Assembly (NCBI GenBank): GCA_001771185.1
Contig: METB01000001.1
Span: forward strand, 503,200 to 567,199
Source of the DNA: a candidate division Kazan bacterium RIFCSPHIGHO2_01_FULL_44_14
GTDB lineage: Bacteria; Patescibacteriota; Kazan-3B-28
Reading direction: 5' to 3'
DNA: 64,000 nucleotides
Part shown: positions 18,502 through 29,644 of the stretch, in pieces
Numbering within the stretch: the stretch's first letter is position 1
How the letters are laid out: each line of letters starts with the position of its first letter
Position numbers and translations under genes: made by a program
The notes under the pieces: model-generated
Told to the model about the DNA's origin: nothing
Databases searched by the model: none
The model's input: only the letters and a program-made list of their open reading frames with translations

Positions 18502-19383
18502 GTGAGCAAAAAATTCCAAATTATTAATGGGTTTCAGGGGGAGGTAAAAGTATTTAACGCCCTGACTGATTTACCGATAGCCGATATAGCATCGGGTGTG
18601 CCTTTTGTGAATTCTCTGCAGGAGAGAAAACCCCAAGATTTGGATATTCTATTAACGCTAAAAAGATTTTCCATTCCCACGACTGACTTCAGGATGGAAA
18701 TCATTTTTGCTATTCAGGTTAAGAGTAGTACCGCCGGCTGGCTGATTGACACGGGATTTGACGAAATGACCAATTATCCTAAGAATAATAGGGATTATTT
18801 TTACATGACGCCTGAGCGATTCAGGGGCGCGTTTGACAGAGAAGGGTATGGCGAAGTTTTTTATTTAAAGCTCATTAGCGGCTTGTACGGGCGTACTCCG
18901 CTAATGCATACTGGTTGGCAATTATTTGAGGATGGTAAAGATGGCCAAGCGGGTGTCTTGAAAGATCGAACGGGACAGCGTGATGAGCCAATATATAGGG
19001 GGGCTATAAATGCCCTGGGTTTTGCCATCGAGAAATATCATACGACACTTAATGACTGCGGAGATGAAAAAAATGAGGAGGAATTCAATAGTATAAGGTG
19101 GATAATACCAGTTGTTGTCTTGGACGGAGCCCTGTATGGAAGGGATTTTAAAAAAGAAATCAAGGGCAATGAGATTGAGCCAGAGCCAATCGAGGATAAA
19201 TGGTTTGTGCGCTATATGTGGCTTTTAAAGAAGGGCAGTAACGAAAATTATAATTATGAAATGTCCCCCGTTTTCTATGTGAAATCTGAAGATGTAAAGG
19301 AATTCATAGAATACATTAAACAACAGGTTGAAAATTATAACGCGGATGAAACATTAACTGATTTCAAAAAACGAATTAATTAA
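18502..19383 (+). CDS. Hypothetical protein, possible PD-(D/E)XK nuclease fold
   Basis: E...DLDIL...AIQVKS spacing resembles restriction-endonuclease-like cores. Confidence 0.55.
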   Translation: MSKKFQIINGFQGEVKVFNALTDLPIADIASGVPFVNSLQERKPQDLDILLTLKRFSIPTTDFRMEIIFAIQVKSSTAGWLIDTGFDEMTNYPKNNRDYFYMTPERFRGAFDREGYGEVFYLKLISGLYGRTPLMHTGWQLFEDGKDGQAGVLKDRTGQRDEPIYRGAINALGFAIEKYHTTLNDCGDEKNEEEFNSIRWIIPVVVLDGALYGRDFKKEIKGNEIEPEPIEDKWFVRYMWLLKKGSNENYNYEMSPVFYVKSEDVKEFIEYIKQQVENYNADETLTDFKKRIN

Positions 19384-19392
19384 GGAGAATCT

Positions 19393-21414
19393 ATGAGCAA
19401 GATCATTGGAATTGATTTGGGGACAACAAACAGTGCGTCAGCAGTAATGCGTGGTGGGAAGCCGGAGATTATTCCATCATCCGAAGGTGGACGGACAGTG
19501 CCGTCGGTGGTAGCACAGAATAAAGCCGGTGAGATTTTGGTTGGGCAGGTGGCCAAGCGGCAGGCGGTGACGAATGCCGAAAATACGATTTATTCTGCCA
19601 AGCGGTTTATTGGCCGTCGGTTTTCTGATTCGTCAGTTCAGGCCGATATTAAATTAATGCCGTTTGCGGTAAAAGAGGGCAGTAATGGTGGGGTAGTGTT
19701 TGCGATGGGCCCCTCGGCGGACTCGGGACAGGTGAGAAATTGGCAACCAGCCGAAATTTCTGCAAAAGTTTTGCAGAAGATCAAGCGGGATGCCGAGGCC
19801 TTCTTGAGTGAACCAGTAACTGAAGCGGTGATTACGGTTCCGGCTTACTTTGATGACTCTCAACGCCAAGCTACTAAAGATGCCGGTAAGATCGCCGGGT
19901 TAGATGTAAAACGAATCATCAATGAACCAACCGCAGCCACATTGGCATATGGTTTGGGCGCCAAGAAGAACGAAAAAGTGGCCATCTATGACTTAGGCGG
20001 TGGAACTTTTGATATTTCCATTTTGGAAATCGGAGATAGCGATGGTGAGTCTGTCTTTGAAGTAAAAGCTACTAATGGTGATACGCATTTGGGTGGTGAT
20101 GATTTTGATCAAAAAATTATTGATTGGATTACCGAAGAGTTCAAGCGCGACCAGGGCGTTGATTTAAAAGAAGATAAATTGGCAATTCAGCGGTTGAAGG
20201 AAGCAGCCGAAAAAGCCAAACATGAATTGTCTAGTGCGGTTGAGACAGAAATTAATATTCCGTTTGTAACAGCCGATGCAACTGGTCCAAAACATTTGGC
20301 AATGAAATTAACTCGGGCCCAGTTAGAGCAACTAGTGGCCGATTTAATCGAACGGACGATGGAGCCGATGAAGAAAGCGCTATCTGATGCTGGCCTTGGT
20401 GTTTCTGACATCAACGAAGTAATTTTGGTCGGTGGGATGACCCGAATGCCGGCGGTGCAAGAATCGGTCAAGAATTTCTTTGGTAAAGAACCAAACCAAA
20501 GCGTGAACCCAGATGAAGCAGTAGCACTAGGGGCTGCCATTCAGGGTGGCGTATTGCAGGGTGATGTGAAAGATGTCCTGCTTCTAGATGTCACACCATT
20601 GTCACTGGGTTTGGAAACTTTGGGTGGAGTAGCGACTAAATTAATCGAACGCAACACGACTATTCCGACCAGCAAGTCACAAGTGTTTTCTACGGCGGCC
20701 GACAATCAACCAAGCGTGGAAATTCATGTAGTCCAGGGTGAGCGGGAAATGGCATCCGATAATAAATCATTAGGTAGATTTGTGCTGGATGGAATTGCGC
20801 CGTCTTCTCGTGGCGTTCCCCAAGTCGAAGTGACATTCGATATTGACGCTAACGGGATTCTGAATGTGAAAGCCACCGATAAAGGTACCGGCAAAGAACA
20901 GCACATTACCATCACCGGTTCTAGCGGTTTGTCCAAGGAAGAAGTTGAGCGGATGGCGAAAGAAGCCGAAGTCCATGCGGCCGAGGATAAACAAAAGAAA
21001 GAAAAGATTGAAGTTCGGAATCAGGCCGATAGTTTAGTTTACACCTCGGAAAAAGCCCTGAAAGATGCGGGAGATAAGGTGGATACGGCAACTAAAGGTC
21101 AAATTGAAGACAGAATTAAGGCGGTTAAAGAAGCACTAGAAAAAGACGATACGGATGCAATAAGAAAAGCGACCGAAGAATTATCAGCAGTGATTCAAAA
21201 GATTGGTCAAGCCATGTATGGACAATCTAACCAATCTCAGCAATCTGATCAATCTAACCAATCCGGACAGGCGGAGACCAAAGACGCTGATTTTACACAA
21301 GAATCTAGTTCAGACGAACCTTCATCTGACTCTGTCAAGGACACATCGGACGAGTCCGACTCCGCTGACACTCCGCCGGACACGCAAAACGATAATGATG
21401 AAAAAGCACTTTGA
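19393..21414 (+). CDS. dnaK: Chaperone DnaK
   Basis: [29 protein letters not shown]. Confidence 0.99.
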   Translation: MSKIIGIDLGTTNSASAVMRGGKPEIIPSSEGGRTVPSVVAQNKAGEILVGQVAKRQAVTNAENTIYSAKRFIGRRFSDSSVQADIKLMPFAVKEGSNGGVVFAMGPSADSGQVRNWQPAEISAKVLQKIKRDAEAFLSEPVTEAVITVPAYFDDSQRQATKDAGKIAGLDVKRIINEPTAATLAYGLGAKKNEKVAIYDLGGGTFDISILEIGDSDGESVFEVKATNGDTHLGGDDFDQKIIDWITEEFKRDQGVDLKEDKLAIQRLKEAAEKAKHELSSAVETEINIPFVTADATGPKHLAMKLTRAQLEQLVADLIERTMEPMKKALSDAGLGVSDINEVILVGGMTRMPAVQESVKNFFGKEPNQSVNPDEAVALGAAIQGGVLQGDVKDVLLLDVTPLSLGLETLGGVATKLIERNTTIPTSKSQVFSTAADNQPSVEIHVVQGEREMASDNKSLGRFVLDGIAPSSRGVPQVEVTFDIDANGILNVKATDKGTGKEQHITITGSSGLSKEEVERMAKEAEVHAAEDKQKKEKIEVRNQADSLVYTSEKALKDAGDKVDTATKGQIEDRIKAVKEALEKDDTDAIRKATEELSAVIQKIGQAMYGQSNQSQQSDQSNQSGQAETKDADFTQESSSDEPSSDSVKDTSDESDSADTPPDTQNDNDEKAL

Positions 21415-21477
21415 TAATCAATTGGTCTAAAATGACCAAAAAGAATGTGCTATGATTTAAAGGGTCAAGGGGAACCT

Positions 21478-22197
21478 ATGGGGAAATCAAAAACTGTCTT
21501 ATTGTTAGTTGGATTATTTACAGTGATAGCACTGGCAGGTGTTAGTTGTAGCCGTGGTTTACAGACAACCGATAATGCAGTTGACAATACGCTGGACAAC
21601 ACGGTAGCAGATAACGCAGTTGTTGACAACACGGCAGTAATCAACCCAACCAATCAAACCACCACGACAGTATCTAGTTCTGGTTTGCCAGACCCAGCCA
21701 GCGTTAAGGCCAGTTTGGCCACTGAAACATCTGGTGCAGAGACAGCAGTCAAAACATTGCAGGCAGATGCAGTATTGCAGTTGGTATCGATTAAGTTCAT
21801 CAATTCACTGTCTGACCAGACCGGGTTATCGACTAACTATTACATTTACGCGTCAGCTTCGAATCCTAACTTCTACTATTTGGTGAACATGCCAAGAAAC
21901 GGTGAGAAGTTGAAGCGGTTCTTAATGCCGGTTGAGGATTTGGATTTGCCGTTTGATTTGTTGCAGATTCCAGTTAAGTATTGGAAATTGTCTTACGCGG
22001 AGGCCCTACAAAGTGTTGAGCAACGAGGTGGCAGTGATTTTCGGGCTAAGCACAAAACCTTTGAAGTGTCGGCGATTCTGGCAATTCCAGCTGGCCAGTA
22101 CTTGAGTTGGTTTGTGACTTATCGGGCGACCGATGGAACCGGAGATGTGTTGAAAGCGTCGGTGGATGCAAATTCGGGTGCAGTCAGTTTGATTTGA
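21478..22197 (+). CDS. Putative lipoprotein
   Basis: Signal peptide ending LAGVSC; DN(T/A)V repeats. Confidence 0.75.
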   Translation: MGKSKTVLLLVGLFTVIALAGVSCSRGLQTTDNAVDNTLDNTVADNAVVDNTAVINPTNQTTTTVSSSGLPDPASVKASLATETSGAETAVKTLQADAVLQLVSIKFINSLSDQTGLSTNYYIYASASNPNFYYLVNMPRNGEKLKRFLMPVEDLDLPFDLLQIPVKYWKLSYAEALQSVEQRGGSDFRAKHKTFEVSAILAIPAGQYLSWFVTYRATDGTGDVLKASVDANSGAVSLI

Positions 22198-22230
22198 CGA
22201 AAACGGATGATTATTTTCGTTATTTCCGTG

Positions 22231-22299
22231 CCCGTCCGCAACGATTCGCCAGCCCGTAGTGGATACAACATTTCTGGCGGGCGTAGCGATTCTGGCAGG
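22231..22299. repeat. Nested palindromic element, near-identical to 49186-49254
   Basis: 69-bp copies differing at one position by eye. Confidence 0.85.
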
Positions 22300-22491
22300 A
22301 AAACGGGAATCCAGAAAGAAACTGACGTCCTTGCGTCATCCTCGGGGCCACCGCTAGGTGGAGCCCGGGGAACCAGACATAAAAAGATTTTTATTTTCTT
22401 TTCTAAATCCCCGGGTCAAGCCCGAGGATGACTTAAAGGACGCGCACGGGTGGTTTGAAGAATGTTCAGGGGTGACTTTTGAAATTTATTT

Positions 22492-23565
22492 ATGGCGAAA
22501 GATTACTACGACATTTTGGGCGTGGCAAAAGGTGCTACGCCTGATGAAATTAAAAAAGCTTATCGGAAGCTGGCTTTAAAGTACCATCCTGACAAAGGTG
22601 AAAATGGTAACGCGGAAAAATTCAAAGAAGTGAATGAGGCCTATCAGGTATTGGGAAGCGAAGAAAAGCGGCGGCAGTACGACCAGTTTGGTCATTCATT
22701 TGAAGGAGCCGGTTCTGCTGGACAGCATTATGATTTTAGCGGATTCAACACTCAAGGGTTTGGTGGGTTTGAAGATGTGTTCGATGCTTTTTTTGGCGGT
22801 CAAAGAACGGCTCGGCGCCAGAGCCCAGCCGATATTAAGCGAGGTGCCGATTTAGAAGTTGCCATTGAAATTCCTTTTGAAACCGCCGTATTTGGCGGTA
22901 AACAGACCATCCATTTATCTAAAGACACAGTTTGTGAAAGTTGTGGTGGGACTGGCTCAACGAATAAAAAAATGAAGGCCTGTGCCAAATGCCATGGTAC
23001 TGGTCAGATTGATCAAGTCAGACAAACATTGTTGGGAGCAATTCGTCAAAGTCGGGTTTGTTCGGAATGCAAGGGATTAGGAGAAATGCCGGAACAAACT
23101 TGTCGGTCATGTACTGGGGCAGGACGGACTAAACAACCAGGCGGAGTAAATATTACCATTCCTGATGGGATTGATGATGGACAGACCATTCGAGTGCCTC
23201 ATGAAGGATCAGCTGGCTTCCGAGGCGGTAAACCAGGCGATTTATATGTGACGGTTCATGTTACACCTAGCCGAGAATACAAACGGAAAGAATTTGATTT
23301 GTACAAAACCATTTCCATTCCATTTACAACTGCGGTATTGGGTGGGAGCGTGAAAGTTGAAACGCTAGACGGCAAAATTGATTTAAAAATCCCGTCAGCA
23401 ACGCAACGCGGAGAAACCTTAAAGGCCAGAGGGTTGGGAGTGCCGAAAATTAATTCAACTGGCAGGGGAGATTTGTATTTGACGATCGATATCACGGTTC
23501 CAAAACGATTGACTTTGAAACAACGCAAGTTACTACAGGAGTTAGACAGAGAGTGGAAGGAATAA
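22492..23565 (+). CDS. dnaJ: Chaperone DnaJ
   Basis: HPD J-domain, four CxxCxGxG repeats. Confidence 0.99.
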   Translation: MAKDYYDILGVAKGATPDEIKKAYRKLALKYHPDKGENGNAEKFKEVNEAYQVLGSEEKRRQYDQFGHSFEGAGSAGQHYDFSGFNTQGFGGFEDVFDAFFGGQRTARRQSPADIKRGADLEVAIEIPFETAVFGGKQTIHLSKDTVCESCGGTGSTNKKMKACAKCHGTGQIDQVRQTLLGAIRQSRVCSECKGLGEMPEQTCRSCTGAGRTKQPGGVNITIPDGIDDGQTIRVPHEGSAGFRGGKPGDLYVTVHVTPSREYKRKEFDLYKTISIPFTTAVLGGSVKVETLDGKIDLKIPSATQRGETLKARGLGVPKINSTGRGDLYLTIDITVPKRLTLKQRKLLQELDREWKE

Positions 23566-23613
23566 AAATGCCTCACGGTTAGGTGAGGCATAAAAATGAG
23601 AAATTCGTCTAAG

Positions 23614-23940
23614 TCAAACGCAAGTGGGACATCTCGCGAAGTATTTGTCGAGGTACATTCGGGTGTCGATTGGTATGGTTTTGTTTCGATGAATTTTGCT
23701 AAGTTCAACAAAACATTCTTCGTTTAGACATCCTGCGGGTGTGGTCAGGTCAAAGGGAGGATATCCCAATAAACTTTCCCGATAATCCCCGCATAGTTCG
23801 CGAACCGCTGTTTGGATTGAATGCCAGTCGTTAACCGACTTGAGTTTGCCTAGCAGTATTTGCAGGCGATCGATGCAGCTCTTGGTGTCAATGGGATGAC
23901 ATTTGACGATTTTCTCCAGTTTAGACGGACCAGATGCCAT
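23614..23940 (-). CDS. Hypothetical Cys-rich protein
   Basis: ORF with GGAGG RBS, convergent with dnaJ. Confidence 0.55.
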   Translation of the reverse strand: MASGPSKLEKIVKCHPIDTKSCIDRLQILLGKLKSVNDWHSIQTAVRELCGDYRESLLGYPPFDLTTPAGCLNEECFVELSKIHRNKTIPIDTRMYLDKYFARCPTCV

Positions 23941-24085
23941 GTGCGATACCTCCCGAAATGTTCAACAAGCGCTACTATATTGATATCTGTAGCGGTTTTT
24001 GTCAACTGAAAAATAACTTTACTTTTTCGTCAATTTTTGGCATGCTGGGAGCGACATTTTTTACAGTTAAAAATTAGTTCTACAG

Positions 24086-24601
24086 ATGGTTCCAACATGG
24101 GATTTAGTTTTGCTGGTATTTGGGGGCGCAAGTGTGGTCTATGGTTTAATGTTGCGTGAAAGGGTGGTGGTTACGCTCTTGGGGGCTTACGCTGCAATGA
24201 TAGTCGCTGACCGCTGGGGCGAGTCGATTTATCGGATGGTGACCGACCAAAGCGGAGCTGTCCTGAATGAGCAGTTCGTGAGTGGTAATATCTCGGTTTT
24301 CACGGTCCAGGTGGTGTTATTCGCAATTGTGCTTTTGATTGTGGCGCTGAAGGGTGGTATCTTGATTCATCCAGATTCGCTCGGAAGCGGGTTTATGTCT
24401 TACGGCGCATTGGCGATGTATGGGTTGCTGTCGGCAGTTTTGATTGCTTCGGCGGTGTTAAGTTTTCTGCCGGCCGACCAATTACAAGTGATTTATGACC
24501 ATTCCCGTTCAGCCAAGTATTTGGTGGATTATCAGACATGGATATTGATTGCGCCAATGGTGGTAATGTTGATTTCGGGTTGGGGACACAAGGCGGAATA
24601 G
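24086..24601 (+). CDS. Membrane protein (CvpA-like topology)
   Basis: WDLVLL start; about five TM segments. Confidence 0.7.
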   Translation: MVPTWDLVLLVFGGASVVYGLMLRERVVVTLLGAYAAMIVADRWGESIYRMVTDQSGAVLNEQFVSGNISVFTVQVVLFAIVLLIVALKGGILIHPDSLGSGFMSYGALAMYGLLSAVLIASAVLSFLPADQLQVIYDHSRSAKYLVDYQTWILIAPMVVMLISGWGHKAE

Positions 24602-24716
24602 GGAAGAGTATCGAGTGATGGGTAACGCGCAATGGGCGAGGGGAAACGCTCGTAATTTCTAGGATGATATCCACTCTCGTAATTCACAACTTATTACTCA
24701 TAACTAGTGTGGGCAT

Positions 24717-25109
24717 ATGCAAATTAAGCTTCTGGGGTTAAATGGCGAGAATGTGCCGTGGTTGCAGTGGAGCCGATTTAAGCGACGGGAAGATAGTTTA
24801 TTCCTGTTTGTTTGGGCAGCAGTGCTACTGCATATTATCTTTTGGGTGTTGTGGCATTTCTTTATCGCGCCATACCCAATTGCGCTGACAATCCCATTAG
24901 CGGCTAACTTGGGTCAATTTAATTTTTTGTATGATTATTTTTGGCCATTGGCTAATACTTTGGTTTTGGTTTTAAATACTTGGTTGGCCTTTCGAATTTA
25001 TCGAAAAGATATTTTTGCCAGTTGGCTGCTAATCGGGGCCAATATCTTTTTGCAGATCGTGGTTTTGGCTATCACTCTGTTTCTTATATCATTTAGTCGA
25101 CCGGTTTAA
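24717..25109 (+). CDS. Membrane protein
   Basis: Three TM segments; stop overlaps the next start (TAATG). Confidence 0.7.
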   Translation: MQIKLLGLNGENVPWLQWSRFKRREDSLFLFVWAAVLLHIIFWVLWHFFIAPYPIALTIPLAANLGQFNFLYDYFWPLANTLVLVLNTWLAFRIYRKDIFASWLLIGANIFLQIVVLAITLFLISFSRPV

Positions 25110-26764
25110 TGTTGACTCCTGCGGCTCGCCGTTTTTGGGAAATTTTACCTGGGGCTACTAGTTGGACGGTGCTGGTAGCGCCATTTATTTTATCGTTTAT
25201 TTGGCCAGAGGGGATTGCCTATTTTATCATCGTGTTCGATACCTACTGGCTGACCAAGGCATTGGTGATGGGCGGTCATCTGGTGTTTGGTTATTACCAT
25301 ATGCAACGGGCAATGCGAATCGACTGGCTGGAGCGAGTGAGGCAGACCGAGGATATGGAAGGTCTAAGTAATGATTTACTGCGCCGATTTCACTTGGCGC
25401 GCGGATTTGAAGCCAGACGGTTAAAGGAAGAATGGGAACAGGTCGAGGCAATGCGTCGAATGCCGGCCATCCAAAAGGACTGGCGACAAGTGAGGCATGC
25501 AGTGATTTATGCGATCTATAAAGAGAGTTTCGAGGTAGTTGAGGGAAGTTTGCGGGCTTGTTTTGAAAGCAACTATCCCAAAAATAAAATGATAATCGTC
25601 TTGGCGCTAGAAGAGCGAGCTGGAGCGCAGGCGGTGGCGGTGGCGGAAAAAATTAAAGAAGTGTTTGATGGAGTGTTCGCCGACATTTTAGTAACAATTC
25701 ATCCGGATGGAATTATAGGCGAATTGAAGGCCAAAGGAGCCAATGTTTATTATGCGGGGCAGGAACTCAAAAAATATGTGGATGCGAGAGGTTGGCAGTA
25801 CGATGATGTGATGGTGTCATGTTTTGATGCTGACACCCTGCCGTCCAGGCAGTATTTTGCCAATGTGACCTACAACTATATTTTAAATCCAGAGCGAACA
25901 TTCAGAAGTTATCAGCCGATTCCGTTGTTCAATAATAACATTTGGGACGTGCCAGTGATTAATCGACTAGTAGCGTTTGGGTCGTCTTACTGGCAGATGA
26001 TTGAATCAACCCGACCTCACCGATTGGTGAATTTTTCATCCCAAACCATGAGTTTGAAAACTTTAGTTGATATTGATTTTTGGGACAGAGCGGTGGTATC
26101 GGAGGATTCAAAACAATTTTATCGGGCGTTCTATCAATATCGCGGTAATCATCAAGCCATTCCGATTTTTACGCCGGTGTCGATGGATGCGGTATTGGGA
26201 CGGACTTATTGGGATACTTTGAAAGCCCAGTATATCCAGAAGCGGCGCTGGGCATGGGGGATTGAGAATTTTCCTTATGCGATGGAGAAGTTCTTTGCGA
26301 TGCAGGGGCTGATGACCTTAAAGGACCGAATTATCCATCCATTTCGAATGCTGGAAGGACATGTATCCTGGGCAACCTCTTCGCTACTAATTGCTTTGGG
26401 CGGATGGCTACCAATCCTTTTGAATATGGATTTCCGAAGTTCAATCTTAGCTTATCATTTGCCAGTGTTGGCCCGGGACTTGCTTAGTTTGACTTGGGTG
26501 GGAATTATTGTCTCGACGATTGTAGCATTCCAATTATTACCACCTCGGCCAGCCAAGTATGGCAAAATAAAAACTGTTGAAATGCTGTTAATGTGGGTAA
26601 TGGTGCCAATTTCCGGAATTATTTTTGGTTCCATCCCAGCGATTGATGCCGAGACAAGATTAATGCTGGGTAAGTATCTAGGTTTCCATGTCACCGAAAA
26701 AGAGCGCAAAACAACCTTTGCGCCATCGGTAGTGGACAAGACCGTGGTGTCCCGGGTAAGTTAA
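25109..26764 (+). CDS. GT2-family membrane glycosyltransferase
   Basis: FDAD, SED and QKRRW (D,D,D,QxxRW signature). Confidence 0.9.
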   Translation: MLTPAARRFWEILPGATSWTVLVAPFILSFIWPEGIAYFIIVFDTYWLTKALVMGGHLVFGYYHMQRAMRIDWLERVRQTEDMEGLSNDLLRRFHLARGFEARRLKEEWEQVEAMRRMPAIQKDWRQVRHAVIYAIYKESFEVVEGSLRACFESNYPKNKMIIVLALEERAGAQAVAVAEKIKEVFDGVFADILVTIHPDGIIGELKAKGANVYYAGQELKKYVDARGWQYDDVMVSCFDADTLPSRQYFANVTYNYILNPERTFRSYQPIPLFNNNIWDVPVINRLVAFGSSYWQMIESTRPHRLVNFSSQTMSLKTLVDIDFWDRAVVSEDSKQFYRAFYQYRGNHQAIPIFTPVSMDAVLGRTYWDTLKAQYIQKRRWAWGIENFPYAMEKFFAMQGLMTLKDRIIHPFRMLEGHVSWATSSLLIALGGWLPILLNMDFRSSILAYHLPVLARDLLSLTWVGIIVSTIVAFQLLPPRPAKYGKIKTVEMLLMWVMVPISGIIFGSIPAIDAETRLMLGKYLGFHVTEKERKTTFAPSVVDKTVVSRVS

Positions 26765-26765
26765 A

Positions 26766-27431
26766 TTACATATCCAGTCGATACTCGGCCCAAAACTTTT
26801 GGGTGGATTTGTGTTTGCGCAGTAAATTATAGATTTCCATTACTCCGGGCATTAACTGCCCGTTAGTTAATGGCAATTTAGCCCAGAAACATTTACCCAT
26901 AGTAGTTTGAGGCCGAAGGGCCCCTTTTAATCGGCTGGTAGTAAAAATATGACAAAGCATGTGAGCCAAAAGTTCGCCTTGGTCATTAATTACCAAATAA
27001 ACATCTCCGCGGTGAGTTAAATGTGCAACTAAGTCGGTTTTTTCGGTTAACTCACGAGTGGCGGCGGTAACTAAATTCTCGCCCAAGTGGGTCTTACCGT
27101 AAGGAAATCCGCACATCCCGTAAAACGGCTGATGGTGGCGCTTGTATAGTAAATATTCATTTTTATCATTTTTGCAAACGATCAGCGTAACGATTTTTGG
27201 CTGAACCCGGGGACGGAAATGTTTTAAGCTAAGTTTATCAACATACCGACGGCCATGCGGGGAGAGATCGTATAGATGTTCACCGGTCTTGGCAATCAAA
27301 TCGTTTTTAATTAATAAATTTAAATGATAGGTAAATAGATTACCTTCCATCTCGGTGGGCTTGATTTCGGAATAGCGAAGTCCGGGATGGAAAGTCAGCC
27401 GAGCCAGGATTTGCTTCTGGATGGTATGCAT
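26766..27431 (-). CDS. wHTH-NUDIX fusion protein
   Basis: N-terminal LRYSEI..FTYHLNLL helix-turn-helix-like region; GKTHLGE..ATRELTEKT Nudix-like box. Confidence 0.8.
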   Translation of the reverse strand: MHTIQKQILARLTFHPGLRYSEIKPTEMEGNLFTYHLNLLIKNDLIAKTGEHLYDLSPHGRRYVDKLSLKHFRPRVQPKIVTLIVCKNDKNEYLLYKRHHQPFYGMCGFPYGKTHLGENLVTAATRELTEKTDLVAHLTHRGDVYLVINDQGELLAHMLCHIFTTSRLKGALRPQTTMGKCFWAKLPLTNGQLMPGVMEIYNLLRKHKSTQKFWAEYRLDM

Positions 27432-27579
27432 ACCTCTATTGTGGCACAGGTAGGGGAGGGGGCGACAAGTCAAATTAATTTGACTCAAAAACGCTTGTCT
27501 AGACGCTAGTTTTAGTGTGGTTCACGCTAAGTGGGGAAGATGCACCTTTCCAATCTAAGTTGTCCAGGAGGACAAAATA

Positions 27580-28218
27580 ATGCAGGTATCGAGTAAGAAT
27601 GTGGCGACTCGTTGGCAGGATTTTGAGCGTGACTTGGTTGAAATCAGCACCAAGTTAGAAGCGAAGCGGATTGAGGTGATACCAATTCAAACTGAATACA
27701 AACGACTTGCCGGAGAGTTAGAGTCGATTGAACAACAGTTTGAAAAGGTTAGAATCCTCATACAGGGATGGAAAGTACTTTTATTGATTGCCGAGTTGGC
27801 CGAGCAAGGTCTGGGATGGTGTAGCGAGTGTAAGCGGGTAGTTGAGAGCCAGAACTTTGTCTGGGTTGAGGTAATCTATCAAGTTGCTAACCATCATCAT
27901 GAAAGCTGGAGCGGAACCAGCGATGCTATGAGTTTGAAACATCTCTGTTTGTCTTGCCAGAAGAAATTACGAGAACAGTACAAGTACGGCAAGTTTTCTT
28001 TTTGTGCTGTCGAGGTGATTGACAATCGATGGGGAGTCCGTTGTGGCGCGACAAATATGTGGATATCAGCTCTCCAGGCCTGTGGTGGCAGGTTGTTCGG
28101 TTTGGATTGGGTTTGGAATGAGAGGGATTCTACTAGGCTCGATGGACAGATTTTCAATGATCTTTGGTGTGAGTACTGCTCGTCTTTGCTTGGCCTGGAC
28201 CAGCCAGTTGCGGATTAG
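27580..28218 (+). CDS. Hypothetical protein (coiled coil plus CxxC pairs)
   Basis: AGGAGG RBS; CSEC, CLSC, CEYC; downstream hairpin. Confidence 0.65.
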   Translation: MQVSSKNVATRWQDFERDLVEISTKLEAKRIEVIPIQTEYKRLAGELESIEQQFEKVRILIQGWKVLLLIAELAEQGLGWCSECKRVVESQNFVWVEVIYQVANHHHESWSGTSDAMSLKHLCLSCQKKLREQYKYGKFSFCAVEVIDNRWGVRCGATNMWISALQACGGRLFGLDWVWNERDSTRLDGQIFNDLWCEYCSSLLGLDQPVAD

Positions 28219-28355
28219 CACCTTGTGTTTAAAGCCGTTTTTCTACTTAGGGAAACGGCTTTTGTATTTTTATTAACTTTACTTTTATCACCTTTAGAGA
28301 TATATTAAATCGTTCTTTTTGCGAACTTTGAAAAATCGCTTAGGAGGTGATTTAA

Positions 28356-29435
28356 GTGGAAGATAATTGGTGGGAGGGATTCTACAAACGCTCGTTACTA
28401 TGGGGCTTGGCTTGGATCCCGGTTTTAACGATGTGGCTGTCAGTGGCAATTTTCAAGCCAAGCATTCGAGTCGGTGGACTGGTGTTTACTTGGGATGAAG
28501 CCCGACGAATGACTGAGGCAGTCGGAGACATCGGGCAAAAAAAGTTTAGCATTGCCAATGTTGGGATGCATCTATGTTCTTTCGGCCCACAGTACTCAAT
28601 CCGGATGGAGGATGGATTTGGAGCGATCTTGAGTTCGTTCCAGGGAAACTTGATTGCAGGGCTTTTAGCGCTCCTGATCGGTTTGCTAATTATTGGGTTG
28701 GCCACAAAGGATAGTAAGGATTGTTTCTATGCGGTTGGTCCGTTCCTGGTTTATTCCCTGGCCGCTATTTTTTGGACAGTTGTCTGGATTGCGCCGCACA
28801 ATTCTAGCTATCTCACAAATGCTGACAGTATAATTGCCCAGGTTGTAATCTACTCGCTTTTGGCTGGATTTGTAGCCAAGATGCTGTTAATGTCGGCTCA
28901 CAATAGTGGATTGGTTGAACTCACAGAAGGAGCAGATTTTTCGTCTTTGTCTAACCGTCCGCGAGGAGTTTCCCGTGATGTAGCCCAACTAAGAATCGAT
29001 CATGTAGTGTTGCCGAATTCTTTAATCAGAAGCAAGTCATCAACGGTTCTGGCTGGTTCAGAATCCCAACCAGTACAACCATCTTCGTTTCATGAAGATG
29101 ACGCTGTCCCACTTACAACCATGGCGGAAGAAGTGCACCAAATTGTTAAGTCAGTAGTGGTGTCATTGGTGCTGATGGTTGCTTATTACTGTCCATTTTG
29201 TGGGGGAGCCATGAAACGATTCGCGCGCCCATTCGGTGTTAAACCCTGGATTTGTAGGAACAGGGTTTGCGGGTCGAACCTGGCTCCTTTCAAAGAATCA
29301 GAGGAGAAACTTTGCAGTAACTGCAAAGGGTGTCTATTGGATGCCTCTTCGGCAGTTTATTGCCACCATTGCGGGTGGAAGATCGGGAATGAACTTCCAA
29401 CTCTTCCTGGAGGTGGTCAGAATGTGGGGATTTGA
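28356..29435 (+). CDS. Membrane protein with C-terminal zinc-ribbon motifs
   Basis: TM segments; CPFC, C..VC, CSNC, CHHC. Confidence 0.7.
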   Translation: MEDNWWEGFYKRSLLWGLAWIPVLTMWLSVAIFKPSIRVGGLVFTWDEARRMTEAVGDIGQKKFSIANVGMHLCSFGPQYSIRMEDGFGAILSSFQGNLIAGLLALLIGLLIIGLATKDSKDCFYAVGPFLVYSLAAIFWTVVWIAPHNSSYLTNADSIIAQVVIYSLLAGFVAKMLLMSAHNSGLVELTEGADFSSLSNRPRGVSRDVAQLRIDHVVLPNSLIRSKSSTVLAGSESQPVQPSSFHEDDAVPLTTMAEEVHQIVKSVVVSLVLMVAYYCPFCGGAMKRFARPFGVKPWICRNRVCGSNLAPFKESEEKLCSNCKGCLLDASSAVYCHHCGWKIGNELPTLPGGGQNVGI

Positions 29436-29502
29436 ACCTGGAACTAAGCCGTTCTGCTGTTACAGCAGAACGGCTTTTTCGTGCCTGGATTGTTCTCCTT
29501 GA

Positions 29503-29615
29503 CCCCGTTAGAAATCCGGCGCCACTTTAGTCGGTACCAAAGGAGATAGTTTGGCGAACGGCGCAACCGCTCTGATACCCAACACTCACTACTGGCCGGG
29601 CAATTTCTAACGGGG
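29503..29615. mobile_element. MITE-like element with 13-bp TIR and TTGA flanking direct repeats
   Basis: TTGA-CCCCGTTAGAAAT...ATTTCTAACGGGG-TTGA. Confidence 0.75.
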
Positions 29616-29644
29616 TTGACATACCTGTTAGAGGTAGGTATCCT
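29616..29644 (+). promoter_or_regulatory. Probable 16S rRNA promoter
   Basis: TTGACA-17 bp-TATCCT about 270 bp upstream of 16S. Confidence 0.65.

Noticed and set aside
22207-22431. ORFs 22207-22431 and 49042-49281 sharing PVRNDSPARSGYNISGGRSDSGRK
   Set aside because: Translations of the nested palindromic repeat, not genes
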